DNA of 64,000 nucleotides from an uncultured Candidatus Saccharibacteria bacterium (GTDB lineage Bacteria > Patescibacteriota > Minisyncoccia > Phycocordibacterales > JACNGX01), in the NCBI GenBank assembly GCA_964621395.1, contig CAZULS010000001.1, positions 615 to 64,614 on the forward strand, written 5' to 3'. Below are positions 49,879-58,657 of this stretch, in pieces. Under the pieces are notes generated by a model that was not told where the DNA came from, ran no database searches, and saw nothing but the letters and a program-made list of their open reading frames with translations. The position numbers and the translations under genes were made by a program. How positions within the stretch are numbered: the stretch's first letter is position 1; every line of letters begins with the position of its first letter.

Positions 49879-49950
49879 TCCCCTCGGCAGGAATCGAACC
49901 TACATTACGAGCTCCGCAAGCTCGCGTCCTATCCGTTGAACGACGAGGGG
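49879..49950 (-). tRNA. tRNA-Arg(GCG)
   Basis: Anticodon arm CGAGC-TTGCGGA-GCTCG; GGTTCGATTCC. Confidence 0.92.
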
Positions 49951-49989
49951 AAGGTTTGAGAGCGAGCTTTCGCTCGCTCTCAGGGATTA

Positions 49990-50253
49990 TTATTTCGACG
50001 CTTTTGCGAGAGCGGCGGCAAGGCGTGATTTCTTGCGCGCTGCGGTGTTTTTCTTAATCACCCCGCGCTTTGCAGCCTTATCAATCGCCTTGTATGCATC
50101 AGAAAGCTTCGCCTGTGCATCTCTCGAACTGTCTTTCATTGCACTGCGAACGCTCTTCACCGCCTCACGCATGGTGCGACGACGACGATCGTTAAACGTC
50201 TTCTTTGCGGCGGAAACTTTCACCGCCTTCTTTGCTGAACGTGTTATCGGCAT
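49990..50253 (-). CDS. rpsT: 30S ribosomal protein S20
   Basis: MPITRSAKKA, IDKAAKRGVIKKNTAARKKSRL. Confidence 0.97.
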   Translation of the reverse strand: MPITRSAKKAVKVSAAKKTFNDRRRRTMREAVKSVRSAMKDSSRDAQAKLSDAYKAIDKAAKRGVIKKNTAARKKSRLAAALAKASK

Positions 50254-50331
50254 AGTTACGAAACTATATCAGGTTTTACCTCAAAAGGCAAGTGTTTTGT
50301 CCTGCACTGATGGGTGTGATAAAATGCTCGT

Positions 50332-51123
50332 ATGGAAAAAATAATCCTTCAAAATAGAAAAGGTCAAAACATTGTGGGCATTCTTGAAAAGCCAGAGAAT
50401 GGGACAATTATCGGAACTGCCGTTATTGAGCACGGGTACGGTGGTTTCAAAGAACAAAAACATATTCTCGCAATGAGAGATGCTTTCTTGGAAAACGGAT
50501 TTGTCACATTCAATTTTGATGCCACAAATACGTTCGGAGAAAGTGACGGTGATTTCGAGAAGGCAACACTCGGTCTTCACACCGAAGATTTTGAAGATGT
50601 GACCGAGTGGATACAGGAACAAAACTGGTTCACCGGTCCGCTTGCAATAACGGGGCACTCAATGGGGGGGTATGCATGCGCACGGTACGCGGAAACATTT
50701 CCGGAGAAAGTTTCCTTTTGTCTCCCCATCGCTCCGGTAGTATCGGGACAATTATCATGGGATGCTCTTCGAGAATTCAAACCCGAAGAATTCAACGAGT
50801 GGAGAGAGAAAGGAATGCTAGAGGATGAAAGTAGATCAAAACCAGGTGCCATCAAAAGGAAGCCGTGGAGTCACATGGAGGAACGACTTGGTCATGACCT
50901 GCTCCCTGATGCGCACAAACTCACAATGCCTCTTTTCCTTTTTGTGGGGACAGAAGACACGGCAATACCCCCTAAACATGTCCGGCTCTTATTTGACACC
51001 ATCCCTGAAGGAAACAAAACTCTTGTTGTTGCAGACGGAGCGCCCCATACATACAAAACAGAAAAAGATATCAGCTTTCTAAGAAATGAAATAGATAAGT
51101 GGTTGAAAAAACACGTTGACTGA
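50332..51123 (+). CDS. Alpha/beta hydrolase
   Basis: HG, GHSMGG, GTED, GAPH. Confidence 0.9.
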   Translation: MEKIILQNRKGQNIVGILEKPENGTIIGTAVIEHGYGGFKEQKHILAMRDAFLENGFVTFNFDATNTFGESDGDFEKATLGLHTEDFEDVTEWIQEQNWFTGPLAITGHSMGGYACARYAETFPEKVSFCLPIAPVVSGQLSWDALREFKPEEFNEWREKGMLEDESRSKPGAIKRKPWSHMEERLGHDLLPDAHKLTMPLFLFVGTEDTAIPPKHVRLLFDTIPEGNKTLVVADGAPHTYKTEKDISFLRNEIDKWLKKHVD

Positions 51124-51204
51124 AAAGCATGCGGCAGCGGAGCTGCCGCATGCTTTTTTCTTCTATTTCATATTCCATATTTCGTATTTCATCACTTTCG
51201 CGGT

Positions 51205-51756
51205 ATGATTAGACCAATGATCGAGCCGTTTATTGCCGCACATCCCATTCTCGGACCCGTGAGCTTTATTATTCTCCGTGCACTGATTGTGCTTGTCCCC
51301 TTCTTCCCCGGAGTCCTCGCTGACATTCCGGCACTGAAATATTTTGGCTGGATTGCCGGATTTTTCTACACCGAAATCGGTGTCCTTCTTGGCGCGTCGC
51401 TGGCATTTTTCCTCGCTCGCTACGGCAAGAAAATACTCATTCGCGTATTCCCCATATGCGCGCATGCACACAAGCACTCGAAGTGGACCGAACGTGACCG
51501 TTTTCTTGCAATTCTCATTGCTCGCCTTTCCACTCTTCCTCTCTTTGATTACATTGCCGGCTTCTCCCGCATGTCCTATACCACATTTATTACCGCTTCC
51601 GTTATTGGGAGTATTCCGCCAACATTTCTCTTCTACTATTTCGGTGATAAAGCATTTGATTTCGGACTCTGGTACGGCGTGACATTTATCTCCATTATCA
51701 GTGTTGTGGCTCTTGTGGGAGTTGTTAGAACCGTCCTCACTGAAAACGTGAAATGA
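51205..51756 (+). CDS. TVP38/TMEM64 (VTT/DedA) family membrane protein
   Basis: PFFPG, FG...G, GASLAFFLARY, DYIAG, GSIP. Confidence 0.8.
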   Translation: MIRPMIEPFIAAHPILGPVSFIILRALIVLVPFFPGVLADIPALKYFGWIAGFFYTEIGVLLGASLAFFLARYGKKILIRVFPICAHAHKHSKWTERDRFLAILIARLSTLPLFDYIAGFSRMSYTTFITASVIGSIPPTFLFYYFGDKAFDFGLWYGVTFISIISVVALVGVVRTVLTENVK

Positions 51757-52117
51757 GGGAATCATATTCGTCTTTCTCCCAATCGTTCTGCCGCACAGGC
51801 AAAGACAGGGAAATAATTCTGTCATTCCGGCCTCCGAGCCGGAATCTTCGCTGTATTATTTCTTGAGAGCGTTGGGGAAGATCCCGCATCACCAGAGCCC
51901 CACTTTCACTAATCTCATTTTTACTCACATACTTTTTGTTCATTCTTCTATCGCCTTTGGTTTTCTTATGTAATCAGTGAAAGTGAAGCTCGGCAGGAGT
52001 GCGGGATGACAAAGAATGGAGTGTGCACCCTGCCAAGGTTAAACCTTTGGATTAATCCAAAGGTTTAACCTTGGCAGGGTTTCAGCTCGTCAAAAGACAA
52101 AAATGATATATAATACA

Positions 52118-52309
52118 AGAACCAGTCTCACTGAAAACACAGCGCTATAAGTATTATTAAAAAGCTGCGTATGGGCTGTTCTCGCACCAAAAATCCGACT
52201 GCGCCTTGACTCTCAACCGCATCGCACGAGAGTGCGCCGCGGTCTCCGAGACATCGGCTCGCTCGAATTTTTTGTCCGAGTCCAAGCCGTTTTCAATGAG
52301 ACTGATTCT
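52118..52309. mobile_element. MITE-like element, family C, immediately upstream of ruvA
   Basis: TIR AGAACCAGTCTCACTGAAAAC / GTTTTCAATGAGACTGATTCT; interior shared with 20792 and 29024. Confidence 0.75.
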
Positions 52310-52312
52310 CAT

Positions 52313-52888
52313 ATGATTGGACATCTCTCAGGCACGGTCATACTAGTCTCACATCAATTTCTTATTCTTGATGTGTCGGGAGTGGGCTACAAGGTATACG
52401 CTTCGCCCGACACGCTCCTCCCCCTCTCAGAAGACAATAGCGCGTCTCTTTTCATTCACACGGCTGTCAGGGAAAACGCGCTTGATTTGTACGGCTTCCC
52501 CACCCACGCCGAGCTCATCTTCTTCGAACTCCTTATCACCATCTCCGGCATTGGACCAAAATCAGCGCTCGGTATTCTTTCGGTCGCTCCCGTGGACACG
52601 CTTAAAAAGGCAATCTCCGCAGGCGATCCTTCATACCTCACGCAAGTCTCCGGCATCGGCAAAAAGAGTGCTGAGAAAATCGTCATTGAGCTTCGCGATA
52701 AACTCTCCGGCGGATTGGTGGAGGAGGGCGTACCCGGCATGATGAAAGAAGAAACAGACGCACTCGAAGCGCTCCAAGCACTTGGCTACACCACAACTGA
52801 AGCTCGCGATGCTCTGAAAGAGGTGCCCGACGACATCACCGGTACCGATATGCGTATCAAAGAAGCTCTTCGCCGCCTCGGCTCATAA
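52313..52888 (+). CDS. ruvA: Holliday junction branch migration protein RuvA
   Basis: MIGHLSG, GVGY, LYGF, ISGIGPKSA, VSGIGKKSAEKI. Confidence 0.96.
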   Translation: MIGHLSGTVILVSHQFLILDVSGVGYKVYASPDTLLPLSEDNSASLFIHTAVRENALDLYGFPTHAELIFFELLITISGIGPKSALGILSVAPVDTLKKAISAGDPSYLTQVSGIGKKSAEKIVIELRDKLSGGLVEEGVPGMMKEETDALEALQALGYTTTEARDALKEVPDDITGTDMRIKEALRRLGS

Positions 52889-53114
52889 TACATTACGAAT
52901 TACGAATATAATACGAATCTACGAATGGGTTATATATCTGCTTCGGGCTTACGATTTTCCCATATCACAATATATTTTCAAGTAGTATCTCTTTGAGACA
53001 TATTCTGAGAGAAACAAAACAACGAAGATTCCGGATCAAGTCCGGAATGACAAAATATTTGCGTATTCGTATATTCGCGGTATTCGTAATTCGTAATTGT
53101 GGTAAGATAGCATC

Positions 53115-54383
53115 ATGAATCTCGAAAACATTCTCCGCATTATAAAGAAATTTATTCCCCACCGTGTCTTTGCGTTTTTCCAGCCGGCGTATCATTATGT
53201 GCTTGCACTTCTCGGCGGGCTTCTCTATCGCTTCCCCGGACACGGTTTGCATATCACTGCTGTGACCGGCACCAAAGGAAAAACAACTGTCACCGAACTT
53301 CTCGGCGCCATCTTTAGAGAAGCCGGCTACACAGTCGCCACGTCCTCCACGCTCCACTTCACGATTGGTGATATCGAGGAACGCAATATGTATAAAATGA
53401 GTCTGCCGGGGCGCTTCTTTCTCCAGAAATTTCTCCATCGCGCAAAGGGAGCTGGATGCACGCATGTGATTGTGGAAGTCACCTCAGAGGCGGCAAAACA
53501 ATATCGTCATCTCTTTGTTCCTTTCGACGGTCTTGTTTTTACCAACATCACACCCGAGCACATCGAATCACACGGTTCGTTTGAAAAATATCTCGACGCC
53601 AAACTCTCTATTGGCCGTGCCGTGGCACGAAGCCGCAAACGACACACGGTCATCGTTGCAAATAGCGACGATGCACATGGAAAAGACTTTCTCGCTCTCA
53701 CAACAACTCGCTCATTCCCCTTTTCATTTGATGACGCACCGGAAGCTCGTGTGGAAAGTGACTCTATCACCCTTCGCGTGGGCGAGAGAGATGTTGTCGT
53801 GGGTCTTTCGGGGCGTTTTAATCTTGCAAATATCTTAGCGGCTATCACCTATGCACGAGCATGGGGCATTACCGATGAAACAATCGCTCATGCCCTTGAG
53901 GGATTCAGTGGCATTCGCGGACGCATGGAAAAAGTAGATGAGGGACAAGATTTTGAAGTGCTTGTCGACTATGCCCACACACCCGAATCACTTGAAGCGG
54001 CATATTCTGCACGCAATACGCGGAAGATTTGTGTCTTGGGAGGGACAGGCGGCGGGCGCGACAGAGAAAAGCGCTCTGCCATGGGCGCTATTGCCGATAA
54101 TCATTGCGCGCATATCATTCTCACCAATGAAGACCCCTACGATGAAGACCCGGAGCAAATCGTGCATGATGTAAAAAACGGTATCTCCTCTACGCCGGTA
54201 GACATCATAATGGATCGTCGCGAAGCTATTGCCCATGCTTGCGACATTGCACAAAAAGGCGATACCGTCTACATCACCGGCAAAGGGACCGATCCGTATA
54301 TCGTTGGCCCCGATGGACACAAAACCCCATGGGATGATGCATCGGTCGTCCGCGACGTATTACAGGAACGGTCTTCGCATTAA
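53115..54383 (+). CDS. murE: UDP-N-acetylmuramyl-tripeptide synthetase
   Basis: VTGTKGKTT, EVTSE, GRME, VDYAHTP, GKG. Confidence 0.9.
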   Translation: MNLENILRIIKKFIPHRVFAFFQPAYHYVLALLGGLLYRFPGHGLHITAVTGTKGKTTVTELLGAIFREAGYTVATSSTLHFTIGDIEERNMYKMSLPGRFFLQKFLHRAKGAGCTHVIVEVTSEAAKQYRHLFVPFDGLVFTNITPEHIESHGSFEKYLDAKLSIGRAVARSRKRHTVIVANSDDAHGKDFLALTTTRSFPFSFDDAPEARVESDSITLRVGERDVVVGLSGRFNLANILAAITYARAWGITDETIAHALEGFSGIRGRMEKVDEGQDFEVLVDYAHTPESLEAAYSARNTRKICVLGGTGGGRDREKRSAMGAIADNHCAHIILTNEDPYDEDPEQIVHDVKNGISSTPVDIIMDRREAIAHACDIAQKGDTVYITGKGTDPYIVGPDGHKTPWDDASVVRDVLQERSSH

Positions 54384-54566
54384 ACATAAAAAGTTATTCC
54401 AGACCACGCCGTTTAAGATTCCGGATCAGGTCCGGAATGACAGGAAGAGAGCAAGTGGTCACTCTACACTAAAGACATGTCATTCTGAACTTGATTCAGA
54501 ATCTTCCCAAACAACCCTCGCAGACAACAGCGCCACTTTTCTCTACTCATAACTCTCAACTCGTCC

Positions 54567-55397
54567 ATGTCATCTATTTCAGAATTTCTTATCGTTATCG
54601 CCCTCATTGTGCTTCTGTGGTTTGCCTGGTTTGCCACCGGCGGCCCTGAGCGTTTTCGGGATTCGCAAGGACTCTTTCTTTCAGACACCCCCCTTGATAG
54701 CGACTCTTCCAATCTTCCCTGGAATGCGGAGCAACATCCCTTTGCGCAATATATTGATATCGAGACACATGGTGTAGAGAGTAACACCCCTTCTTCGGAA
54801 TACATTTTAATTTCATCGGCATGGAATACGCCGGAAAACATCAATCTCACCGGGTGGTCCTTGCGCAACAAAAAAGGAGAAGAAGTGGTTATTGACTTTG
54901 GTACGGAAACCCCGCGCCAAGGATCCCAAAACAGCTCCGAAGACATCTTTCTTTCTCAGGGAAACGTGGCGATTATCACAACCGGCCGCTCCCCCATCGG
55001 TATATCATTTGGAGTAAATATCTGCTCGGGATATATCGGAGAATTGCAAACATTCACCCCCCATCTTTCCACCTCGTGTCCCTCGGCACTCGACATGGCG
55101 CAAGCGCGCGGTGTAAACACGGATGATGCTCAGTGCAAAACAGCGCTTCGCCGTATCCAGCCCTGCAGCACATACACGGGAAGAGTTCCCGGTGATGTAT
55201 CAGGATCATGTGAAGATTTTCTCCGCGAGGACATCAACTACAATACCTGTGTTCGTACATATGATGATGTCTACAATTTCGATGAAAAAGAATGGCGTGT
55301 CTTCCTGGGACGCAATACGGAATTTTGGAATGATGAAGGCGACACGATTTCTCTCTACGATGAAAAGGGGGAGTTTGTGACGAGTGTGAGTTATTAG
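54567..55397 (+). CDS. Exported Cys-containing protein (lamin-tail-like motifs)
   Basis: TM segment, EYI....INLTGWSL, W...GDTISLYD..G. Confidence 0.7.
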   Translation: MSSISEFLIVIALIVLLWFAWFATGGPERFRDSQGLFLSDTPLDSDSSNLPWNAEQHPFAQYIDIETHGVESNTPSSEYILISSAWNTPENINLTGWSLRNKKGEEVVIDFGTETPRQGSQNSSEDIFLSQGNVAIITTGRSPIGISFGVNICSGYIGELQTFTPHLSTSCPSALDMAQARGVNTDDAQCKTALRRIQPCSTYTGRVPGDVSGSCEDFLREDINYNTCVRTYDDVYNFDEKEWRVFLGRNTEFWNDEGDTISLYDEKGEFVTSVSY

Positions 55398-55630
55398 AAT
55401 AAAGAATTAGGAGTTAAGAATTAAGTATAAAGGGCGGCGCTACGCGCCGCCCTTTTCAATATCTCACGCTCTTCTTTCTGTCACTGCCGGCTCCGACCGG
55501 AATCTCCTGCGCCAAAGTTACGCTTTGGCAGAATTGCCAAAGCGTAACTTTGGCGCATACATATTTCATATTTCGTTTTTCACTCGACCGAGCACGATTT
55601 ATCGTGCTTTAGGTATATTCCTAGCCCTTT

Positions 55631-55813
55631 AGAGCCTGTTTATGGTTCTCTGTCGTGCGTAATGCACTGTTATACCGAGCGAAAATCGTGAAAAGTGTCG
55701 ATGGAGTACTGTCGTACTTCGAGACGCTTTGAGCGATTTGCAGCCGGTATAACAGTGCATTAAGCCGGCAAGTATTTATTCTTATTTTTACGTTGAGATT
55801 ATGAACAGGCTCT
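55631..55813. mobile_element. MITE-like element with IS5-like ends
   Basis: TIR AGAGCCTGTTTAT / ATGAACAGGCTCT; internal 18-bp IR TAATGCACTGTTATACCG / CGGTATAACAGTGCATTA. Confidence 0.7.
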
Positions 55814-56275
55814 TAGCGCATACAAAGCAATTCCCGTTGCAACCGACACATTCAGCGATTCCTTCTCCCCTCTCATCGGTATCTCAATGAGGACATCGCA
55901 CTTCTTTCGAAGCTGCGGGGAAATCCCGCGCACTTCATTACCCACAAGAAGTGCCGCCTTCTCCTTTTTTGGCGCACTGCGATAATCAACCGACCGCTCA
56001 TCCTGCTCCAAACCGACAATCTCATATCCTTCTTTTTTCAAACGTGCAATAAGTGACGATACATTCTTCGCAGTACTCCACGGTACCGAAAGCTCCGCGC
56101 CCAGTGCGGTCTTGGCAATATCTTTTCGCGGTCGATTAAACTGATCCGTCGGAAGCGGGGTGTATCCAGAGAGATACACATGCGACACACCAGCCCCATC
56201 AGCCGTACGAAATATCGCACCCACATTATGCGCACTCCGAATGTTGTGAAGTATGAGAACAACGTCATTCATCAA
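55799..56275 (-). CDS. TrmH/SpoU-family RNA methyltransferase
   Basis: NIRSAHNVGAIFRTAD, GNEVRG, IPMRG..ESLNVSVA. Confidence 0.93.
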   Translation of the reverse strand: MMNDVVLILHNIRSAHNVGAIFRTADGAGVSHVYLSGYTPLPTDQFNRPRKDIAKTALGAELSVPWSTAKNVSSLIARLKKEGYEIVGLEQDERSVDYRSAPKKEKAALLVGNEVRGISPQLRKKCDVLIEIPMRGEKESLNVSVATGIALYALRACS

Positions 56276-56346
56276 AAAAGCATAGCATAAACTCTTGATT
56301 CTGTGAAAAAATGTGTTATATTAAAGCGCGTCGTCAAGAGACACAT

Positions 56347-56419
56347 CCGCCCGTAGCTCAGCTGGTAGAGCAGTTGCCTTTTAAGCAAACGGTCGAAGGT
56401 TCAAGTCCTTCCGGGCGGA
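56347..56419 (+). tRNA. tRNA-Lys(TTT)
   Basis: Anticodon loop CTTTTAA; GGTTCAAGTCC. Confidence 0.94.
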
Positions 56420-56495
56420 CTAAAATAAGACATGGGGGGGATTGTCTTACGAAAGATTCTTTGCGTGTGAGTCGTAATAGTTTTAAAGTTGATTT

Positions 56496-57023
56496 ATGAC
56501 AAATTGGACATATAAACAGAAATCCGACAATGACTTCATGAATTCATTCTCACCTGAAACCAAAAAGTATCTTGAATTTGATGACGGCTTCCCTTCACAC
56601 AATCAAGCAAGGTGGTTTCTTGACGCCCACCAATTAATGAAAGAAAACTACACCCATTCGTATGGAGACTATTCATTCATGGTCGTTCCAGCATCTAAGG
56701 CTTTGGAAAGTTGGGTATTTAAAGTCGGCAATAGTTTGGGAGTCGACATTAAAACTAAAAACGCAAATAAAGCTAGGGAAATAATCGCTGATGGTTTAGA
56801 TGATATTCTTAAAGAAGTTGATAAAAAAGTGAGCGACATACTTAAAGACGAATTTACTCAATTGAGGGTTTTCATACAAGATTACAGAAACGACATTGTT
56901 CACAGTAACAGGATCATTGACAATCCAACACGCGCAGAAAATAAGATAAAAGCCATCATTGAAAAAATAGACACTTTAACAACAAAACTTGCGCAAGCTG
57001 GATTAATTTCCACCGAAAAATAA
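56496..57023 (+). CDS. Putative HEPN-domain RNase (RnlA C-terminal-like)
   Basis: DYS....PASKALE and RNDIVH (RxxxxH); AT-rich. Confidence 0.6.
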   Translation: MTNWTYKQKSDNDFMNSFSPETKKYLEFDDGFPSHNQARWFLDAHQLMKENYTHSYGDYSFMVVPASKALESWVFKVGNSLGVDIKTKNANKAREIIADGLDDILKEVDKKVSDILKDEFTQLRVFIQDYRNDIVHSNRIIDNPTRAENKIKAIIEKIDTLTTKLAQAGLISTEK

Positions 57024-57142
57024 TCGGTTTCGATTAAATCTCGTATTGCAAGTATGAGTATAAGAAAAAACACCCTCAAAGGGGTGTTTTTTCTTATACT
57101 CATCCAAAGCAAGATGGCTAATTAGTCCGTGTAATATATAAT

Positions 57143-57829
57143 TTATCGAAACAACTCCTCTGCTTTCTCGCACAGAGGACATGAAAATACGTTTCGTGAT
57201 TCGATAACTGTTGCTTGCTGTGCTTCGGAAATCTCCCTGGAAAGAAATGTATACGGCAATCCCCATTCAGACACTGCTGTTGCAAGCTTCTCAACCGATA
57301 CCTCCATTGTACTCAATATCTCGTCCGTATTCACCTGACTACGCAGCGTACCCCATCCGTATGCCACGCCGGCAAAGATAAGAAGAAACATGACACCGCG
57401 CCGCACGCTTCTGAGAGCCCCTGCACTTCCGTTTGCTGCACGCACACCCAAGCGCGACCCCGTCGGACTCTTTGCAAATTGCACTCCTTGTCGTGTCCCG
57501 ACAGCACTTTCGCTTCGCGATACTCGAGCACCCCCATCACGCGATTTCACTCTTCCTGTCATATCACGTTCTTGCGCTCGCAGTGCGCGCAAAGAATGAT
57601 CACGATCAACGTTCCCCGAAAATATGCTTGTATGACTTCCTCCGTGTTCACGCATATGGCCGGAAAAAGAGTCGAAATCAACATATGATGTGCCGCCCAT
57701 GTGCTTCCCGCCTACAAAACCATCGCGAGAGAGCTTGCTCACATATTCCGGCGTATAGCCCGCCAAATCAGCAGCCTTCGCGGCTGATACATACTTCTTT
57801 CCATTGATGATAAGAGTATCTGTTGGCAT
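57143..57829 (-). CDS. Membrane protein with N-terminal HTH
   Basis: KYVSAAKAADLAGYTPEYVSKLSRDG; later TM segment. Confidence 0.7.
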   Translation of the reverse strand: MPTDTLIINGKKYVSAAKAADLAGYTPEYVSKLSRDGFVGGKHMGGTSYVDFDSFSGHMREHGGSHTSIFSGNVDRDHSLRALRAQERDMTGRVKSRDGGARVSRSESAVGTRQGVQFAKSPTGSRLGVRAANGSAGALRSVRRGVMFLLIFAGVAYGWGTLRSQVNTDEILSTMEVSVEKLATAVSEWGLPYTFLSREISEAQQATVIESRNVFSCPLCEKAEELFR

Positions 57830-57841
57830 GCGCTTATTATA

Positions 57842-58591
57842 TTATACACGGGAAAGAATCCACTGCTCCAACCCTTCTTTGAGTGGCATTTCCCCTCCAT
57901 GCCCTTCATGATACACGGAGACAAGCGATGATGAAAGTGCGGTGAGATCCGTATCGGAAAATTTCTCTACCGCGCGCTTTGCCTTCCCGTACACAAATGG
58001 CTTGAGCCCCGCCTCTTCAGCGCTTTTCACACGAGAGGCTGCAAGAATCGCACGCACCTGCCAGGCGACAATACCGTGAATCTCCTCCATGGGAAGCTCA
58101 CACAGCGACGCCTGCTCCAGAAGTGTCCATGCGCGCTTTTTATCTCGGGCAGCCACGGCATCGGCAAGATGAAACGGATTATACGCCGCGCACATTGCTC
58201 CATACTCATCATGTGTTTCAGCAGCAACATCTTTCTTCTTTTCATACACAAACACATCTTGCGCGTGCTTCTCGAGCTTTTTCTTCGTTTTCGCATCAAT
58301 CTTTTCCGCATACAGCACAAAGACATGTGCTGTTTCTGCAATCGCCTCTGCATGCTTGGTGAGAAAATCTGCCGCTTCCGGATGTGCGAGCACTCTGTCG
58401 AGAATAACGATATACTTCTCATCAAAAAGCCCTTGGCCTCCGATGAGCTCAGCCATACGAGACACATCAAAACTTTCATCGTCCGTCACAAACACTGCCG
58501 CATCAGGGCGCTTTTTTTCAAGGGTGGCACGCAGTGCCGTAAGCTTTGCCCGCCCTTTATCGATATCGTTTCCTGTGATGATGTATAACAT
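57842..58591 (-). CDS. holA: DNA polymerase III delta subunit
   Basis: MLYIITG, GLFDEKYIVIL, FHLADAV, GLKPFV..K, LEQWIL. Confidence 0.8.
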   Translation of the reverse strand: MLYIITGNDIDKGRAKLTALRATLEKKRPDAAVFVTDDESFDVSRMAELIGGQGLFDEKYIVILDRVLAHPEAADFLTKHAEAIAETAHVFVLYAEKIDAKTKKKLEKHAQDVFVYEKKKDVAAETHDEYGAMCAAYNPFHLADAVAARDKKRAWTLLEQASLCELPMEEIHGIVAWQVRAILAASRVKSAEEAGLKPFVYGKAKRAVEKFSDTDLTALSSSLVSVYHEGHGGEMPLKEGLEQWILSRV

Positions 58592-58657
58592 ACAAAAGTT
58601 GAGAGCGAAGAGTTAAGAGAAAAGAGAATACAGCTCCGTCTCTCAACTCTCAACTCT

